A stretch of 64,000 bases of DNA. Origin: Kofleriaceae bacterium. GTDB taxonomy: Bacteria > Myxococcota_A > Polyangia > Haliangiales > Haliangiaceae. The notes beneath the pieces are model-generated. The model was not told the origin of the DNA and searched no databases. It worked only from the letters and a program-made list of their open reading frames with translations. Positions 50,309 to 64,000 of the stretch are shown here, one piece after another. Position numbers and translations under genes: made by a program. Within the stretch, counting starts at the first letter, position 1. Every line of letters starts with the position of its first letter. The DNA lies in contig CBDCCZ010000032.1 of assembly GCA_965215005.1 (NCBI GenBank), positions 18,993 through 82,992 on the forward strand, read 5' to 3'.

Positions 50309-50506
50309 CGCTCGAGATTACACGACCGCGGTCGCCCCTGCGCCGCGCAGCCCGAAGCCAGACTCGCGATCCGTTTGTCGCCGACCACGGCTACCGAGAC
50401 GCCTATGCGACGACCACACGATGCCGCGCTCTCGAACGACCGCAGATGCCCGTCGCCATCACCACGCTCGCCGCATCCGCACCCATCGCTCATCGGTGCG
50501 CGGTGA

Positions 50507-52102
50507 ATGACGAGCGAGGGCGACAGACGGTACACTCGCCGTATCAAAACCGTACTTCTCGCATCGAATGAAGCGGCCGCGCGCGCGCTCCTCGCGCTGA
50601 CTGCTCCCTCCTTTCGCGATGACAAGCGAGTCTTGGCGGTGGAGGTGTATACGCCGCCGGTGGGCGAAGCGGTCGCCGAGGCCCGCGCTCGCCACGGGCG
50701 CTGTCCGCTTGGAGTCATCGCCAGCGATGAGATCGCCGCTCTGGAGGCCCTTTCGAGCGGTGCCGATGAAGCCGCCGTGCTCGCAGCCGATGATTCGCGC
50801 AGGGTGCTCGGATTCCTCGAGCGCGTAGGCCTGCGCGCCGGGCTGCGTCGCGAGCAAGAGCGCACCCAAACCTCCGCGGCTCAGTCTGAAAAACTGGCCG
50901 CGCTCGGCACCGTCGTCGCCGGGGTCGCGCACGAGATCAACAATCCGCTCACCGGCGTGTTGCTCTCCATCGAGCACCTGCGCAGCGCGCTGGGGCCGCT
51001 GATGGACGGCGCTAGCGAGCTCGATCGCCTCAGCCAACGCGGCACTGCAGTGAGCGTCGCGGAGCTCGAGCGGGTAATTGCAGTCTCGCGCACCGGCATG
51101 CCGCCCGCCGAGGGCAAGGCAATTCTCGATGACATGGAGCAGGCCGTGACCTCCATCGCCGAGGTCGTGCGCGACCTGCGCATCTTCTCGCGCACCAGCG
51201 AAGGCGAAACGCCGCAGCTCGTCGAGGTCCACGCGATCATCGATCAAGTCGTTCGCATCCTCGGCCGCGAGCTTGCGGATCGCGCGGTGGTCGAGCGCGA
51301 TTACGATCCCGAGCTGCCCGCTCTGCTGCTGCCGCGCGGTCGCTTTACTCAAATCATCACCAACATCCTGATCAACGCCAACCAAGCCATCAGCGAGATC
51401 TCGCGGCCCGTGCACCGCGTCCGCATCTCGACCCGCGCCGACGATGAAAGCGTCGCGATCTCCATCAGCGACACCGGCCCCGGGATCCCACAAGAAGCCG
51501 TGAGCCGCGTCTTTGACCCCTTCTTCACCACCAAGCGCGAGGCCATGGGCACCGGCCTTGGCCTATCCATCTCGCGCTCCATCGCCCAAAGCCTCGGCGG
51601 CGATCTCATCGTCGAGTCGGTTCACGGCGACGGCGCTACCTTCATCACCATCTTGCCGCGACGCGCATCTGCGGCCGAGCTTGGCTCCCAACGTCGCCGC
51701 ACCCCGCCCTCGCGCGGGCGGCGAAGCGAGCATCGCGCCACGGTGCTGGTGGTCGATGACGATGAGCTGGTACTGCGCAGCATGGCCCGCACCCTCCGCA
51801 GCGGCTACGACGTGATTTTGGCGGCCGATGCCGACGAGGCAATGGCGCTGCTAGGCTCAGGCTCGGCGGCCGATGCGGTCGTCATCGACCTTGGCTTATC
51901 GGAGCGCAGCGCGATCACGCTGCACAGCTGGCTTCAGGCGCGGGACCCCGACCTCGCCCAAGCGACCCTGTTCACCACCACGGTCAGCGATGATCCGGCG
52001 TACGCCGAGTTCGTCGGCACCGCCGGCCGGCCTGTGCTCGACAAGCCGATCCGCCGCGACCACCTGCTCGCAGCGCTCGATGGCCTTCATCGCAGTCGCT
52101 AG
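50507..52102 (+). CDS. hybrid sensor histidine kinase/receiver protein
   Basis: GVAHEINNPL, NILINANQA, DTGPGI, DPFFTTK, GTGLGL; receiver VLVVDDD...DLGL...DKP. Confidence 0.92.
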   Translation: MTSEGDRRYTRRIKTVLLASNEAAARALLALTAPSFRDDKRVLAVEVYTPPVGEAVAEARARHGRCPLGVIASDEIAALEALSSGADEAAVLAADDSRRVLGFLERVGLRAGLRREQERTQTSAAQSEKLAALGTVVAGVAHEINNPLTGVLLSIEHLRSALGPLMDGASELDRLSQRGTAVSVAELERVIAVSRTGMPPAEGKAILDDMEQAVTSIAEVVRDLRIFSRTSEGETPQLVEVHAIIDQVVRILGRELADRAVVERDYDPELPALLLPRGRFTQIITNILINANQAISEISRPVHRVRISTRADDESVAISISDTGPGIPQEAVSRVFDPFFTTKREAMGTGLGLSISRSIAQSLGGDLIVESVHGDGATFITILPRRASAAELGSQRRRTPPSRGRRSEHRATVLVVDDDELVLRSMARTLRSGYDVILAADADEAMALLGSGSAADAVVIDLGLSERSAITLHSWLQARDPDLAQATLFTTTVSDDPAYAEFVGTAGRPVLDKPIRRDHLLAALDGLHRSR

Positions 52103-52165
52103 CGCCGCCTGTCAGCAGCGCACGGAGCAAGCGCAGGACGTGACCTTGCTCCGTGCAAACCTCGC

Positions 52166-54949
<2,784 letters not shown>

Positions 54950-55056
54950 CGAGAGCTCCTTTCCACCGCCTGAGAAGACGAAGGCCGCCCAGTGTGCGCG
55001 CCCGAGGGCGCTGGCGCAAGGAATGAGCCGCAGCCGCAAACCCTGCGCGCTTCCGG

Positions 55057-55896
55057 CTACGGCGTGTCGCTGCGCTGCACCTCGGCCAGCAGGCCGAAGT
55101 GATCCGAGGCGCAGATGCCCTCGTCCTGCTCTTGCAGCACCACCTGGCAGTCGAGCACCTTGCCGACGCCGTTCTTTTCGCGGGTGGTGACGAAGATATA
55201 GTCGATGCGCCGATCGGGATCGACCGAGCGCCTGCCAAGCGTCGCCGGATTGCTCGCCGACCAGGTGTAGCCAGGCGCATCTCCATGGACACGCTGCCAG
55301 GCGTCCTGATAGTGCGTGCGCCGGTGCGCCAAGGTCGTGAGGCCGCGCAAGAAGCGAATCTCGTCGGCGTCGGGAATCGCGTTGAAGTCGCCACACAAGA
55401 GCTGCGGCGTGCCGCGCGTCGCGAGGCTGGCCAGCACCTCGTCGATGGCCACGACCTGCGCCTCACGCGCCAGACCATCATCGAGCCGCCAGTGCAGATG
55501 GGTCACGTGACACCACAGCCCGTCCCCTACGTCGAGCCGCACCGATAACAAGATGCGCGTCTCGAAGGGCCGCGCGTGCGGCAGCCGCGTGACCCGATGC
55601 TCGAGGATGGGGTAGCGCGACAGCACCGCCAGCCCTTCGGCGCCGGCCGGCTCGCCAGCGTCGCGCTCGCCTTGCCGCCACTGCCACGCCGCGGCGTACA
55701 CGCAATGCAGCCCCAGGACCTGCGCCAGCACGTGGGCGGTGGTCTCGCCATCGGCGCCCTGCAGCGGTCGCACTTCCTGCAGCGCCACGACATCGGGCGC
55801 CAGCGCCGCCAACTGCGCCTCCGCCAGCCGCAACCGACGCTCGAGCGGCTCGCTGAGCCCCCAGAAGTTTAGCGACACCAAACGCAGACGGTCCAC
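55057..55896 (-). CDS. endonuclease/exonuclease/phosphatase family protein
   Basis: SLNFW, DVVALQEV, THL, CGDFN, RIDYIF, SDH; GAGGAG upstream of the GTG. Confidence 0.88.
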   Translation of the reverse strand: MDRLRLVSLNFWGLSEPLERRLRLAEAQLAALAPDVVALQEVRPLQGADGETTAHVLAQVLGLHCVYAAAWQWRQGERDAGEPAGAEGLAVLSRYPILEHRVTRLPHARPFETRILLSVRLDVGDGLWCHVTHLHWRLDDGLAREAQVVAIDEVLASLATRGTPQLLCGDFNAIPDADEIRFLRGLTTLAHRRTHYQDAWQRVHGDAPGYTWSASNPATLGRRSVDPDRRIDYIFVTTREKNGVGKVLDCQVVLQEQDEGICASDHFGLLAEVQRSDTP

Positions 55897-55907
55897 TCGC
55901 ACGCTCC

Positions 55908-56270
55908 TCACTCGCCGCGATAGATCGCGCGGGTGGTTGGGGTTTCGGAGACCGAGACCTCCACCAGCAGGGGCAGGCGCGGCGCGATGGCTCGCCACAG
56001 CCACACCGCGAGATGCTCGGAGGTGGGATTGGCCAGCTCGGGTACGTCGTTTAGGTAGCGATGATCGAGCGCCGCGATGGCCGGCTCCACCGCGGCGTCG
56101 ATCGCCGCGAAGTCCATGATCCAGCCGGTATGCGTCTCGATCTTCCCTTCAATGGTAATAGCCACCGTGAAGCCGTGGCCGTGCAGCCCAGCGCACGGGT
56201 GCTCGGCACCGATGTTGGGCAGCCGTCGCGCGGCTTCGAAGCGATAGTCGCGCACCAGCCGTCCACGCAT
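55908..56270 (-). CDS. queD: 6-carboxytetrahydropterin synthase-like protein
   Basis: C...LHGH, GWIMDF, LDHRYLN, NPTSE, ET...IYRGE; FEAAR where FEAAH is expected. Confidence 0.85.
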   Translation of the reverse strand: MRGRLVRDYRFEAARRLPNIGAEHPCAGLHGHGFTVAITIEGKIETHTGWIMDFAAIDAAVEPAIAALDHRYLNDVPELANPTSEHLAVWLWRAIAPRLPLLVEVSVSETPTTRAIYRGE

Positions 56271-56321
56271 GCCGGCAACCTATCGCGCCGCGCCATGCTA
56301 GACAATGCTCGCCCTGCTCCC

Positions 56322-57599
56322 ATGCCTGCTACGCCCCCCTCACGCGCGCTCGCGCAGCGGCTGACCGCGACCTGGAGCGAATATCGCGCGCTCGATGGGC
56401 GCATCTGGCTGCTCGCTGCGGTGCGCGGCGCCAGCACCATGGGCCTGTCGCTGGTGATGGCGTTCATGACCATCTACTTGGTGTCCGAGCGTGGCGCCAG
56501 CGGCAGCCTCTACGGCTCCATCTACTTCGTCGCCAACCTGGCGCAGGCGGTGGCGCAGGGGTACGCCGGCGAGCTCTCGGACCGCGTCGGCCGTCGGCCG
56601 CTGATGGTCGTCACCATGCTGCTGCGAACAGTGGTGTTGGCGCTGCTCGGCTGGCAAATCCTCGCGGCGGCGCCGCTGTGGCTGCTGGCGCTGTCGCTGA
56701 TCGTGAGCTCGGCGCTGCGCGGCGGCTTCGAACCGGTGGCCTACGCATTGGTGGCTGACATTGCGGCGCCCGAGCAGCGGGTCACGGCGTTTGGGTTGCA
56801 GCGCATGGGAACCAACTTCGGCTGGGCGATCGGTCCGGCGCTCGGCGGCGCGCTGGCGCAATCGCACGGCTACGGGCCGATTTTCTTTTGGGCGGCCGGC
56901 GTGCTCGCGGTCGCAGCGGTCGCGACCGCGCAGCTGCGCGAGGTGCCGCGGCCGAAGCCGGAGCCGACCGCGTCGGTGTCGCTGGGCAAGGCGCTGCGCC
57001 TCGCCGCCGCCAATCGGCCGCTGATGTGGCTGCTCTTGGTCACGCTGCTCATCGCGCTCACCCACGTGCAGCTGTTCTCGACGATGTCGGTGTTTGCCGA
57101 GGCGGTGCGCGGCTTCGATACCGGCGACATCGGCGTCCTCTACACCGTCAATGGCGTGGCGGTGCTAGCGCTGCAGGTGCCGGCGCTAACGTTGATTCGC
57201 CGGATTGGCACCCGCCGCGCGTTGATGCTCGGACCGCTGGCCTACATCGTTGGGTTCATCGCGATTGGCAGCGACAGCGGCCTGTTCTGGCTCGGGGTGG
57301 CGGTGTTCGTCGTTACCATTGGCGAGGTCATCATCGCACCGGCGCATCAGGCGGCCGCCGCCGAGCTCGGCGATCCCGCGCGCATGGGACGAGCGTTTGG
57401 ACTGGTGGGCCTGGTGATGATGGTAGGAGTGGCGCTAGCGCCGCTGGTGGGAGGCATTGCCTTCGATGCGCTGCGCACCCATCCGCCGGTAATGTGGCTT
57501 CTCCTGGCCGGGTTGCCGCTGGCGCTGGGGTTGGCCGCGCGGGGCTTTGCCGCCGCTCTCGCGCGCCGCGATGCGGTCCTCGCCGCGCGCGCGCAATAG
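56322..57599 (+). CDS. MFS transporter
   Basis: About 12 hydrophobic segments; GELSDRVGRRP motif A; GWAIGPALGG; alternative start 56295. Confidence 0.9.
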   Translation: MPATPPSRALAQRLTATWSEYRALDGRIWLLAAVRGASTMGLSLVMAFMTIYLVSERGASGSLYGSIYFVANLAQAVAQGYAGELSDRVGRRPLMVVTMLLRTVVLALLGWQILAAAPLWLLALSLIVSSALRGGFEPVAYALVADIAAPEQRVTAFGLQRMGTNFGWAIGPALGGALAQSHGYGPIFFWAAGVLAVAAVATAQLREVPRPKPEPTASVSLGKALRLAAANRPLMWLLLVTLLIALTHVQLFSTMSVFAEAVRGFDTGDIGVLYTVNGVAVLALQVPALTLIRRIGTRRALMLGPLAYIVGFIAIGSDSGLFWLGVAVFVVTIGEVIIAPAHQAAAAELGDPARMGRAFGLVGLVMMVGVALAPLVGGIAFDALRTHPPVMWLLLAGLPLALGLAARGFAAALARRDAVLAARAQ

Positions 57600-57614
57600 C
57601 GCTATCGTGTCGGC

Positions 57615-58058
57615 GTGCGCCGCTTTGGGAGGTTGCCGCTCTTGGCCGCGGTCGCGTTGACCAGCTGCCTGCCGCCGGAAGGGCAGCGCTGCGCAAGCGA
57701 TCGCGACTGCGCCTTCGACGAGCTCTGCTCGCGCGCCGACAGCTGTGTGCCGGCGGAGCGCGCCGTTGCCGTCGACCTCAACTGGACCATCGATGGCCGC
57801 GCGGTCAACGTCACCCGGATTGGCGGATGCGCCGGCGGCCGCTCACTCAGCGTGGCCTTCGCGGATGCCAGTGGGCTGGTGCGGCTGGCCTTTCGACCTG
57901 TGACCTGCGAGCTCGGCAGGGCCCGCTTCGATCGCCTGCCGCCCGAGGTGACGCGGTTGCGAGTGATTCTTTGGGGCGCCGACGATGCGTTTCTCGACGC
58001 CGCCGAGGTCAACTTGCAAACTGGTGAAAACACAATCGATATAGACCTCGAGACGTAG
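57615..58058 (+). CDS. small Cys-rich lipoprotein
   Basis: ALTSC lipobox; C.SDRDC...ELC....C motif; TATCGT 6 nt before GTG. Confidence 0.7.
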   Translation: MRRFGRLPLLAAVALTSCLPPEGQRCASDRDCAFDELCSRADSCVPAERAVAVDLNWTIDGRAVNVTRIGGCAGGRSLSVAFADASGLVRLAFRPVTCELGRARFDRLPPEVTRLRVILWGADDAFLDAAEVNLQTGENTIDIDLET

Positions 58059-58093
58059 CGAGAGGGAGGCGCTTTGGCTATCCTGCGCGCCTC

Positions 58094-59098
<1,005 letters not shown>

Positions 59099-59101
59099 AG
59101 C

Positions 59102-60082
59102 GTGGCGATCATCAGCATGCGCGAGGCCCTCAACCAGGCCATGCGCGAAGAGATGGAGCGCGACGAGAACGTCTTTCTCATGGGTGAGGAAGTCGGTCAC
59201 TATCAGGGCGCCTATAAGGTCTCGCAGGGCCTGCTTCAGCGATTTTCCGAGCGTCGCGTGATCGATGCGCCAATCGCTGAGATGGGCTTTGCAGGCGTGG
59301 GCGTAGGCGCAGCGATGGTTGGTCTGCGACCGATCATCGAGTTCATGACGTTCAACTTCTCGCTCGTGGCAATCGATCAGATCGTTAGCAACGCCGCGAA
59401 GATCTATCAGATGAGCGCCGGGCAGTTCTGGGTGCCGATCGTGTTCCGCGGTCCGGGCGGACCCGCGGTGCAGGTCGGCTCGCAACACTCGCAGTCGCTC
59501 GAATCGTTTTACGCGCACGTCCCGGGGCTCAAGGTCGTCATGCCGTCCACCGGCTACGACGCCAAAGGCCTCCTCAAGACCGCCATTCGCGACGACAACC
59601 CGGTGGTGTTCATCGAGGGCGAGACTCTCTACGGCGACACCTGCGAGGTGCCCGAGGAGGAATACTTGATTCCGCTCGGCGTTGGCGACCGCAAGCGCGA
59701 GGGCACCGACGTAACGCTGGTGGCGTGGTCGTCGATGGTCGGGCTGTGTCTGCGCGCCGCCGAAGAGCTCGACGGCCAGGGCATCTCGTGCGAGGTCGTC
59801 GATCCGCGCTGCCTGCGCCCGCTCGACGAGCAGCTCATCATCGACAGCGTGCGCAAGACCGGCCGCTGCGTCATCGTAGAGGTCGGCTGGCCGATGAGCG
59901 GCTTCGGCGCTGAGATCGCCTATCGCGTGCAGCGCGCCTGCCTCGATTTTCTCGACGCGCCGATCGAACGAGTGACCTCGGACGACGTGCCGATGCCCTA
60001 CGCTCGCAATCTAGAACTCGAAGTGCAGCCGCAGCTCGGCGATGTCATCGCCGCGGTCAAAAAGGCTCTTTACCTGGAGTAG
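59102..60082 (+). CDS. pdhB: pyruvate dehydrogenase E1 beta
   Basis: MGEEV, EFMTFNF, QHSQ, PMPYA. Confidence 0.95.
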   Translation: MAIISMREALNQAMREEMERDENVFLMGEEVGHYQGAYKVSQGLLQRFSERRVIDAPIAEMGFAGVGVGAAMVGLRPIIEFMTFNFSLVAIDQIVSNAAKIYQMSAGQFWVPIVFRGPGGPAVQVGSQHSQSLESFYAHVPGLKVVMPSTGYDAKGLLKTAIRDDNPVVFIEGETLYGDTCEVPEEEYLIPLGVGDRKREGTDVTLVAWSSMVGLCLRAAEELDGQGISCEVVDPRCLRPLDEQLIIDSVRKTGRCVIVEVGWPMSGFGAEIAYRVQRACLDFLDAPIERVTSDDVPMPYARNLELEVQPQLGDVIAAVKKALYLE

Positions 60083-60132
60083 CAACCGCGGCGAGCCCGT
60101 GCTCGCGGCGCTTGCTGGAGGTACGAACGCAA

Positions 60133-61761
<1,629 letters not shown>

Positions 61762-61770
61762 AGCGAACCC

Positions 61771-63177
61771 ATGGCTGCACCCAAGACCTACGATGTCGCC
61801 GTCATCGGCGGCGGACCCGGTGGCTACGTCGCCGCCATTCGCGCCGCCCAGCTCGGCAAGAACGTCGTGTGCATCGAGCGCGAGGCGCTCGGCGGCATCT
61901 GTCTCAACTGGGGCTGCATCCCAACCAAGGCACTGCTGCGCTCGGCCGAGGTTCTCGAGCTGATCCACCGCGCCAACGAGTTTGGCATCGCGGTCGAGAA
62001 CGTGTCGTTCGACTTTGGCGCCATCATCGGGCGAAGTCGCGACATCGCCGGCAAGATCAACAAAGGCGTCGGCTATCTGTTCCGCAAGAACGGCATCGAG
62101 CACCTGCCCGGGGTGGCGCGCTTGGGCGGTGCCGGTCGCATCCACGTCAGCGGCGAGAACGGCGACAGCGAGCTGGTCGCCGAGCACATCATCGTCGCCA
62201 CCGGCGCCCGCGCCCGCAGCCTTCCCGGCATCGAGCTCGACGGCGAGCGCATCATCGAATATCGCAAGGCGATGACCTTGCCGGAGCAGCCGACCTCGAT
62301 GATCGTCATCGGCGCTGGCGCTATCGGCTGCGAGTTCGCCTCGTTCTATCGCGCGCTCGGAACCGAGGTGACCATCGTCGAGTACTTGCCGCACCTGGTG
62401 CCGAACGAGGACGAAGAAATCAGCCAGGAGCTCGAGCGCGCCTTCAAGAAGCGCGGCATGAAGCTGCGACTCGCTCACAAGGTCACCAGCGCGCAGGTCG
62501 AGGGCAAGGCAGTGGCGGTGAGCGTTGAGGCAGCGGAGGGCGGCAGCGGTCCCGAGCTTTTGACCGCCGACGTTGTGCTGGTCGCGGTGGGGGTGGTCGG
62601 CAATGTCGAGAATCTCGGCCTCGAAGAGCTCGGGGTGGGGCTCGAGCGCGGCTTCATCGCCGTGGATGAGCACCTGCAGACCTCGGTCAAAAACGTCTAT
62701 GCGATCGGCGATGTCATCGGCCCACCGGCGCTGGCGCACGTGGCCAGTGCCGAAGGTGTCTACGTGGCCGAGCGGCTTGGCGGCCTCACGCCGCCGCCGG
62801 TGCCGTACGATTCGATTCCCGCGTGCACCTACTGCCATCCCGAGGTCGCTTCGGTAGGTCTCACCGAGGCCAAGGCGCGCGCGGCTGGGATCGACGTCAA
62901 GGTCGGACGCTTTCCGTTCCGGCCGCTGGGCAAGACGCTGGCTGCCGGCGAGTACCCCGGCCTTGTCAAGGTGCTCTACGATGCTAAGAACGGCGCCATG
63001 GTCGGCGCTCACATGATCGGTCCCGCGGTGACGGATCTCATCGCCGAGATGACCCTGGCCAAGAGCACCGAAGTGAATGCTGAGAGCTTGATCTATACGG
63101 TGCACGCTCATCCGACGTTTGCCGAAGCTCTCAAGGAAGCCACCGAAGATGCCCTCGGACACGCCATCCATCTTTAG
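61771..63177 (+). CDS. lpdA: dihydrolipoamide dehydrogenase (E3)
   Basis: GGGPGGY, GGICLNWGCIPTK, GAGAIG, HAHPT. Confidence 0.96.
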   Translation: MAAPKTYDVAVIGGGPGGYVAAIRAAQLGKNVVCIEREALGGICLNWGCIPTKALLRSAEVLELIHRANEFGIAVENVSFDFGAIIGRSRDIAGKINKGVGYLFRKNGIEHLPGVARLGGAGRIHVSGENGDSELVAEHIIVATGARARSLPGIELDGERIIEYRKAMTLPEQPTSMIVIGAGAIGCEFASFYRALGTEVTIVEYLPHLVPNEDEEISQELERAFKKRGMKLRLAHKVTSAQVEGKAVAVSVEAAEGGSGPELLTADVVLVAVGVVGNVENLGLEELGVGLERGFIAVDEHLQTSVKNVYAIGDVIGPPALAHVASAEGVYVAERLGGLTPPPVPYDSIPACTYCHPEVASVGLTEAKARAAGIDVKVGRFPFRPLGKTLAAGEYPGLVKVLYDAKNGAMVGAHMIGPAVTDLIAEMTLAKSTEVNAESLIYTVHAHPTFAEALKEATEDALGHAIHL

Positions 63178-64000
63178 AGCCGGCGAGGCGATCAAGCGCT
63201 CGGCGCGGCTCAAGGTCGTGGATCAGCCCGCCGCGCCCGCCACGCCGCGCAAGCGCCGCCATCCGCCGTGGATCAAGGTCAAGCTGCCCACCAAGAAGAC
63301 CTTCTTCGAGGTCAAGCAGCTCGTAGACGAGCTCAAGCTTCATACCGTTTGCGAGAGCGCCGGCTGCCCCAACATCGGCGAGTGCTGGAGCCGCCGCGCG
63401 CTCACGATCATGATCCTCGGCGACATTTGCACCCGCTCGTGCCGGTTTTGCGACGTTGCCACCGGTCGGCCGCTGCCCGCCGATCCCGACGAGCCGCGCC
63501 GCGTCGCTGCCATGCTCGGCCAACTCGAGCTCGAGCACACCGTCATCACCTGTGTCGACCGCGACGACTTGAAAGATGGCGGCGCCGCTCATTGGGCCGA
63601 GACCATCCGGCGGGTCAAAGAAGCATGCCCGCAGATGACGCTCGAGGTTCTCACCGGCGACTTCAAGGGCAACACCAGCGACGTCGATACGGTGCTCGCC
63701 GCGGAGCCCGACGTGTTTGCTCACAACCTGGAGACGGTGCCGCGGCTATCGCGGCAGGTCCGCGTGCAGGCGAGCTATCCGCGCAGCTACACCATTCTCG
63801 AGCACGCCCATCGCCGCGGCGCCATCACCAAGACCGGCCTGATGCTCGGGCTCGGTGAGACTCTCGACGAGGTGCGGCAGGTGCTGCGCGACGTGCGCGC
63901 CTTGGGCGTCGACATCATCACGCTCGGCCAATACCTGCAGCCGTCGCCGCGCCATCTGCCCATCGCGCGCTACGTCACCCCCGATGAGTTCGCCGAGCTT
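63149..64000 (+). CDS. lipA: lipoyl synthase, cut by the window end (frame not in the ORF track; alternative start GTG 63218)
   Basis: My translation gives HPPWIKVKLP...HTVCESAGCPNIGECW...CTRSCRFC...HNLETV...TLGQYLQPS. Confidence 0.93.
   Translation, partial: MPSDTPSIFRAGEAIKRSARLKVVDQPAAPATPRKRRHPPWIKVKLPTKKTFFEVKQLVDELKLHTVCESAGCPNIGECWSRRALTIMILGDICTRSCRFCDVATGRPLPADPDEPRRVAAMLGQLELEHTVITCVDRDDLKDGGAAHWAETIRRVKEACPQMTLEVLTGDFKGNTSDVDTVLAAEPDVFAHNLETVPRLSRQVRVQASYPRSYTILEHAHRRGAITKTGLMLGLGETLDEVRQVLRDVRALGVDIITLGQYLQPSPRHLPIARYVTPDEFAEL

Noticed and set aside
54950..55056. Cobalamin riboswitch ahead of the B12-binding radical SAM gene
   Set aside because: The gap is about 107 nt, mostly promoter and RBS, with no B12-box motif

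Overview
A gene-dense, very GC-rich (about 70%, judged by eye) chromosomal segment, most likely from a myxobacterium (DUF6178-like gene, PEGA-domain Ser/Thr kinase, FHA, Kelch and HEAT proteins, M. xanthus-like LexA box). It is mostly core genome: tilS-ftsH-folP-cdaA-cdaR-glmM-nnr, rnc, mnmA, rlmD, tRNA-Leu(TAA), uvrA, efp-epmA, queD and pdhA-pdhB-pdhC-lpdA-lipA. I saw no mobile element, CRISPR array or rRNA. The main candidate for an undescribed system is a 14-gene sulfur-carrier cluster (31630-39267) headed by a CymR-like regulator and cysK. It contains a ubiquitin-like GG carrier, a JAMM peptidase, CysM-like and ThrC-like PLP enzymes, a miniaturised DsrE/F/H trio (the DsrH-like ORF is missing from the ORF track), TusA and LarE. 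It also has two complementary half-ThiF/MoeB genes. One keeps the ATP/Zn/Cys motifs but lacks the N-terminal Arg-finger segment; the other keeps only that segment. This suggests a bacterial heterodimeric E1 arranged like eukaryotic SUMO/NEDD8 E1s. Other highlights: an outer-membrane beta-barrel paired with a 13-heme cytochrome, widespread leaderless-type promoters (TAnnnT 6-8 nt before start codons), a sigma-54 promoter ahead of an ECF sigma gene, an SOS box in the uvrA promoter and a double frameshift in glmM. All family calls come from motif recognition by eye, not from database searches.
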